Positions 34,889-39,421 of a DNA stretch of 39,421 nucleotides are shown here, piece by piece. The notes under the pieces were generated by a model. It did not search any database. It saw nothing but the letters and a program-made list of their open reading frames with translations, and was not told where the DNA came from. Numbering within the stretch: position 1 is the first letter of the stretch; every line of letters begins with the position of its first letter. The translations under genes and the position numbers were made by a program. The DNA lies in the NCBI RefSeq assembly GCF_001194135.2, contig NC_068981.1:18693792-18733212 (forward strand), written 5' to 3'. The stretch is from Octopus bimaculoides. Its lineage: Eukaryota.

Positions 34889-35098
34889 TCTGTGTTTGTG
34901 TTTGTCCCCCCAACATCGCTTGACAACCGATGGTGGTGTGTTTACGTCCCCGTAACATAGCGGTTTGGCAAAAGAAACCGATAGAATAAGTACTAGGCTT
35001 CCAAAGAATAAGTCCTGGGGTCGATTTGCTCGACTAAAGGCCGTGCTCCAGCATGGCTGCAGTTAAATGACTGAAACAAGTAAAAGAGTAAAAGAGTA
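34674..35098 (+). mobile_element. Near full-length SINE, copy C
   Basis: Aligns with copies A and B; longer internal (TA)n. Confidence 0.92.
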
Positions 35099-35189
35099 TC
35101 CTCCGTAATGTGTTATTACATTATTTTTTAATTATATATATTATATATATATATATCTGGTCCAATGCCCTAAGCTTTACACCATTTTG

Positions 35190-35530
35190 TAAAAGGCTCA
35201 AGAGAGATGAACAGGGAATGTCAGTCGCATATCAGCCCGCTGCATTGCAAAGCAGATTCATACTGGTAAACCCTGTCAGCGAAAGCACGTTGTTGATAAG
35301 TATGTCTGTGAGTGTATGTGCGTGTTGGTGGGTTGGGGTGAGGTTTTGAAGTGGTTCAAGAACTGTCTTGAAGTATCCCTGAAAGTCATCGCGGTTGACT
35401 TCTGAGAGCTGCTTCAACCAAAACTGAAGCAACTGGGACACTAGGATTCATAGTGGTGGCCCAAAAGTTGAAACTAAAGGAACTGCAAATTCTGAGAAAC
35501 ATTAAACCACAAAGCTAACAATGGTCTCAA
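35190..35530 (+). mobile_element. Decayed 3' end of an RTE (BovB-like) LINE
   Basis: RCIAKQIHTGKPCQRKH and KWFKNCLEVSLKVIAVD resemble RTE RLPKQxxYGEL..GKR and KRFKDxLKxSLK. Several stops. Confidence 0.55.
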
Positions 35531-35585
35531 GTGCTGCACTTTACCATACATGCTCTACATTTGGGAACGTCTCCTTGCTCGGATA

Positions 35586-35735
35586 GGACCAGATCTGACT
35601 AGACTAGACCAGACCAATCAAAATCAGTCTAGACCTGACCAGATCAGAACAGGCCAGATCAGATCCGATCAGACAAGACCAGATCATAAAAGACCAGGTC
35701 AGACATGGCCAGATCAGGTTAGAGTAGAACAGATA
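35586..35735. repeat. Degenerate (GACCA/GATCA)n pentanucleotide repeat
   Basis: Direct. Confidence 0.85.
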
Positions 35736-36734
35736 TCCAAGTGAATCCTGAGTGATAGTCATGGTCGAAAACGAAGGACGAATAACAGAGCGGCAGAAAA
35801 AGAAAATAACATTGTGATAGGTTGTTGTTGTCTTTTATGAGTTCAAAACCTTGCCAGTTTGTTAACATTATTTAACCCTAGGTCGTCCTGGCCAATTAAA
35901 TCTATGATCGAAGCTATTCTAGCTGTGTCCATTCCGTTCTATGCAGAACTACGTAATCTAATATGACTTTTTCTTGAGAGAGTAGGATACCATTTGAGAA
36001 AGATCTCAATGCAATTTCAATGATTATGTAGTAGTTCTTTCATTAGCTCGTTTAGGCGGGTAGAACTATCTAAAGATGGAGACAGAAGACGTAAAGTGAG
36101 ATAAAATAAGCACCAGTTCAGTTGTAGCATTAATATAAAACAACTGTTGCCTCACACGAAAATTTGTAGTCATGTTGTAGCCAATAAAATATTACACATC
36201 AAATAAGATTCACAAATAAAAGGATCGTATAACGAGCTAGCAATGGAGCCTCTTTATGGTTGCTTGCCTTGCAAGAAATAACAGTCAAATTTCTCTGAAA
36301 TCATGCTTTTACGTTTGAAAAAAAAATGTCGATAATGTAACCCTAGAAACATTATGTATGAAAGGGGGAAAAAATAAACATAAATACGAGATGCTCACCA
36401 CTGGGGCGCCTTTAGCCAACCGTCTGAGTGATCAGTACTAACCCAGTGGGGTTAAACGGCAATAGCGAAAGCATGAACAACAGCGGTCATATTTTACAGA
36501 AACCACTTCTAAAATGTCAAATAATTGTTGATATAAATTTAAAGGAGACTTGCAGAATTGAATGAAATGGAGAATTCTAAAAGATCTCATTGAGAATGTG
36601 TGATTTCTATGGCTTAATCATCATCAGCGTTCACAACATCGCGGCATCACACTTCACTAAACTGTCAATACATGGAACCAAGAACAAACATTGAGAATCT
36701 CGGCTAAAATTTCTGAGGATTGTTGACTCTTTTA

Positions 36735-37347
36735 AGCTAGTAATTGTTATTAGTGGTAGCGGTGATGGTGGTGGCTGTGGTGGTAGCGGTTGTGGTTGTG
36801 GTTTTGTGGTTGTGCTATTTGTGATGGTGGTGGTGGCGGCTAGTGGGTGCGATGGTAGAATTTGGTGTGGTAGTTGTAGTGCTGATAATGGTTGTGGAGA
36901 TGGTACTGGAAGTAGTAGTTGTGGTGATAGTAGCTGAGGTGGTGGTGGTGGTGGTGGTAGTAGTGGCAGTGGTGATTGCTGTGATAGTAGTAATAGTAGT
37001 AGTAGTAGTAGTAGTAGTGGTAGCAGAGATGTCGATACTGTTATTGTTGGTGGTAGTGGTGGCGGTGTTAGTATATTGGTGTTTGTGATGTCGATAGAGA
37101 TCACGGTGATGGTTGCGATGTTGGTGGTGGCGGTTGTAGTGGTGTTGGTATAGCTGGCGTTGGGGCAACAAGTGATAGTGTCCTTATTGGTGGTTGTTGT
37201 TGTTGGTGGTGGTGGTGGTGGATGCGTATGTACAGCCAGTGGGAGGGCGTTATTGATGTTTTAGATGTAGTTGATGTAGCATCATGATCATCATCACCAT
37301 CATCATCATCATCATCATCACCATCATCATCATCATCGTCATTGTCG

Positions 37348-37398
<51 letters not shown>

Positions 37399-37551
37399 CC
37401 ATCATCATCATCGTTTTTATTATTAATTTTAGTAGCAGTACTAGTAGAAATCTTACTAGTGGTGGTGGTGGTGGTGGTGGTGGTTGTAATATTAATGGTA
37501 GTAGTTGTATTAGCAGTAGAGATGTCGATATTGTTATTGTTGTTTTTGTTG

Positions 37552-37611
<60 letters not shown>

Positions 37612-37835
37612 TGGTGTTGGGGATGGGTGTTGATGGAATTGTTGTTGCTTGTTGCGTTAGTGTTGTAGTTGTTGTTGTTGGTGTTGGTGTTCCTGGTATT
37701 GTTGCTGTTACTAGGAGTGGTGGCAGTTGCGCACGTTTTCTACTTGTTATTGTTATTGATGTCGTTGTTGTTGTTGTTCTTGTTGTTGTTGTTCGTGGTG
37801 GCGGTGGTGCTGGTGTTAGTAACATATCTGTCAGT
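36735..37835. repeat. About 1.1 kb compound trinucleotide domain (GTG, GTA, GTT, CAT)
   Basis: Direct; produces low-complexity ORFs in several frames on both strands. Confidence 0.9.
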
Positions 37836-37904
37836 TCTTAGTTTAATTAATATTCTATACAACAAGTCAATGTTTATTTAGCTTGACCAAATTGATTTGC
37901 TCAC

Positions 37905-37982
37905 CTCATTTGCCATCTTCAACTCAGCAATATCTCTCTCCAGTCCACTAATTATCAATTCTTTGATAGGGTATTCTTGATG
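37905..37982 (-). CDS. Internal coding exon of the same host gene: HQEYPIKELIISGLERDIAELKMANE
   Basis: Acceptor ATTTCCTTTACCATTCCAG, donor GAG|GTGAGC, 78 nt, phase 0-0, coiled-coil-like peptide. Confidence 0.75.
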
Positions 37983-38149
37983 CTGGAATGGTAAAGGAAA
38001 TCTGAGGAATATTCTGCAGATCAAGTCAATAAAATGCTTTTGTCTGTCTTCACATTCACCGTGGAAGACTTATTGCAACGAGTTCAAAGTAAACACTACA
38101 CTTGGCACACTGTTCATATATATATATATAAGATGAAGTAATAGTGAGC

Positions 38150-38421
38150 TGTACTAGCGCATACATACATAAGTACATAATACATACATACATACATACA
38201 TGCATACATAGGTACATAATACATACATACATACATAAATACACTCATACATACGTACATAGGTACATACATACATACATAGATACATACATAAATACGT
38301 ACATATGTACATCTATGTATACAGTTTCATAGATACACACATACTATGGTCATATTCATACACACCCACACACAAATATATCTATGTAAAATACCTACAT
38401 ATATGTATATATACATACATG

Positions 38422-38520
<99 letters not shown>

Positions 38521-38664
38521 ATTTATAGACATACATATATATATATATATATGTATGTATATTTATATATACACATACATATATACATATATATATATAC
38601 ACATACATACATGCACACATATATTTATATGTGCGTGTGTGTGCATATATATATAAATACGCAT

Positions 38665-38697
<33 letters not shown>

Positions 38698-38760
38698 CAT
38701 ACACACATACATATATTTATGTGTGTGTGTCTATGTATATATATAAGTACGCGTATATAT
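38150..38760. repeat. (TACA)n/(TA)n/(CA)n microsatellite cluster
   Basis: Direct. Confidence 0.9.
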
Positions 38761-39257
38761 ATATGCTCAACATATCACAAGTTGTATAATTTATCTTCAT
38801 GATGACAATTTAAATGGACAAACACACATAAGCTTACATAAATATGCACATGAATGGAAGTCTACACATACACACACACACACACACACATACACACACA
38901 CATACAGACGCACAGACACACACATACAGACACGTACTAATACGTATACATTTACTTAAATGGTGCGCAGAGATGTTGGAGCATTTATAGATATCTTTAA
39001 AGATTTAATAGAATTTTAGAATATTAAAACTTCGTAGTTATTTTTCTTTTACGTCACAATAAACGCATATACACACATATACACACATATACACACATAC
39101 AATGACAAAAATACATATGGAAATGTATACTGTCACGCTTAGCTATCTATTTATGCATATATAAATATGCATAAATGCATACGAGCACATATGTATATGT
39201 GCAAATGCATGCATACACACATGCAACTATGCACACATACAGATTATGAATGGGAGT

Positions 39258-39316
39258 GTATGTATGTATGTATGTATGTATGTATGTATCTGTCTGTCTG
39301 TCTGTCTGTCTGTCAT

Positions 39317-39385
<69 letters not shown>
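39258..39385. repeat. (TATG)n(TCTG)n(TCTA)n compound microsatellite
   Basis: Direct. Confidence 0.92.
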
Positions 39386-39421
39386 AGGCACTGTATGATT
39401 TAGCATTTTGTATAAATGTTA

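Noticed and set aside
36020-36070. Very strong minus-strand acceptor giving (D)SSTRLNELMKELLHNH*
   Set aside because: Runs into a decayed SINE and stops with no donor; at most a cryptic exonisation.
36631-37881. Mucin-like and poly-L/M/S/V ORFs
   Set aside because: Products of a trinucleotide tract that is open in many frames on both strands, with no splice signals or unique coding core.

Overview
AT-rich, microsatellite-dense eukaryotic DNA with many assembly gaps, most of them at simple repeats. The SINE families and repeat landscape point to an Octopus (coleoid cephalopod) genome; this is inference, not a database match. Most of the window looks like introns of a minus-strand gene. Its short exons (37982-37905, 31595-31555, 31424-31392, 27557-27456, plus weaker candidates) are missed by the ORF track and give a charged, helical peptide I cannot name. 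The rest is decayed mobile DNA: a gapped full-length Hsmar1-like mariner, a deleted mariner, a hAT (Buster/Charlie-like) remnant, a Gypsy pol remnant, two R4/Dong-clade LINEs, RTE remnants, a non-autonomous Helitron and many tRNA-derived SINEs. The most interesting signal is a set of minimal type I hammerhead-ribozyme motifs with palindromic stem III at 4293-4338 (+), 21106-21166 (-) and 34354-34416 (+). A tandem trimer with a variant core lies at 15950-16366 (-). These short non-coding elements resemble Penelope-like pseudo-LTR or retrozyme-type elements. Every copy has at least one defect, so activity is untested. No CRISPR, rRNA or true tRNA genes were seen.
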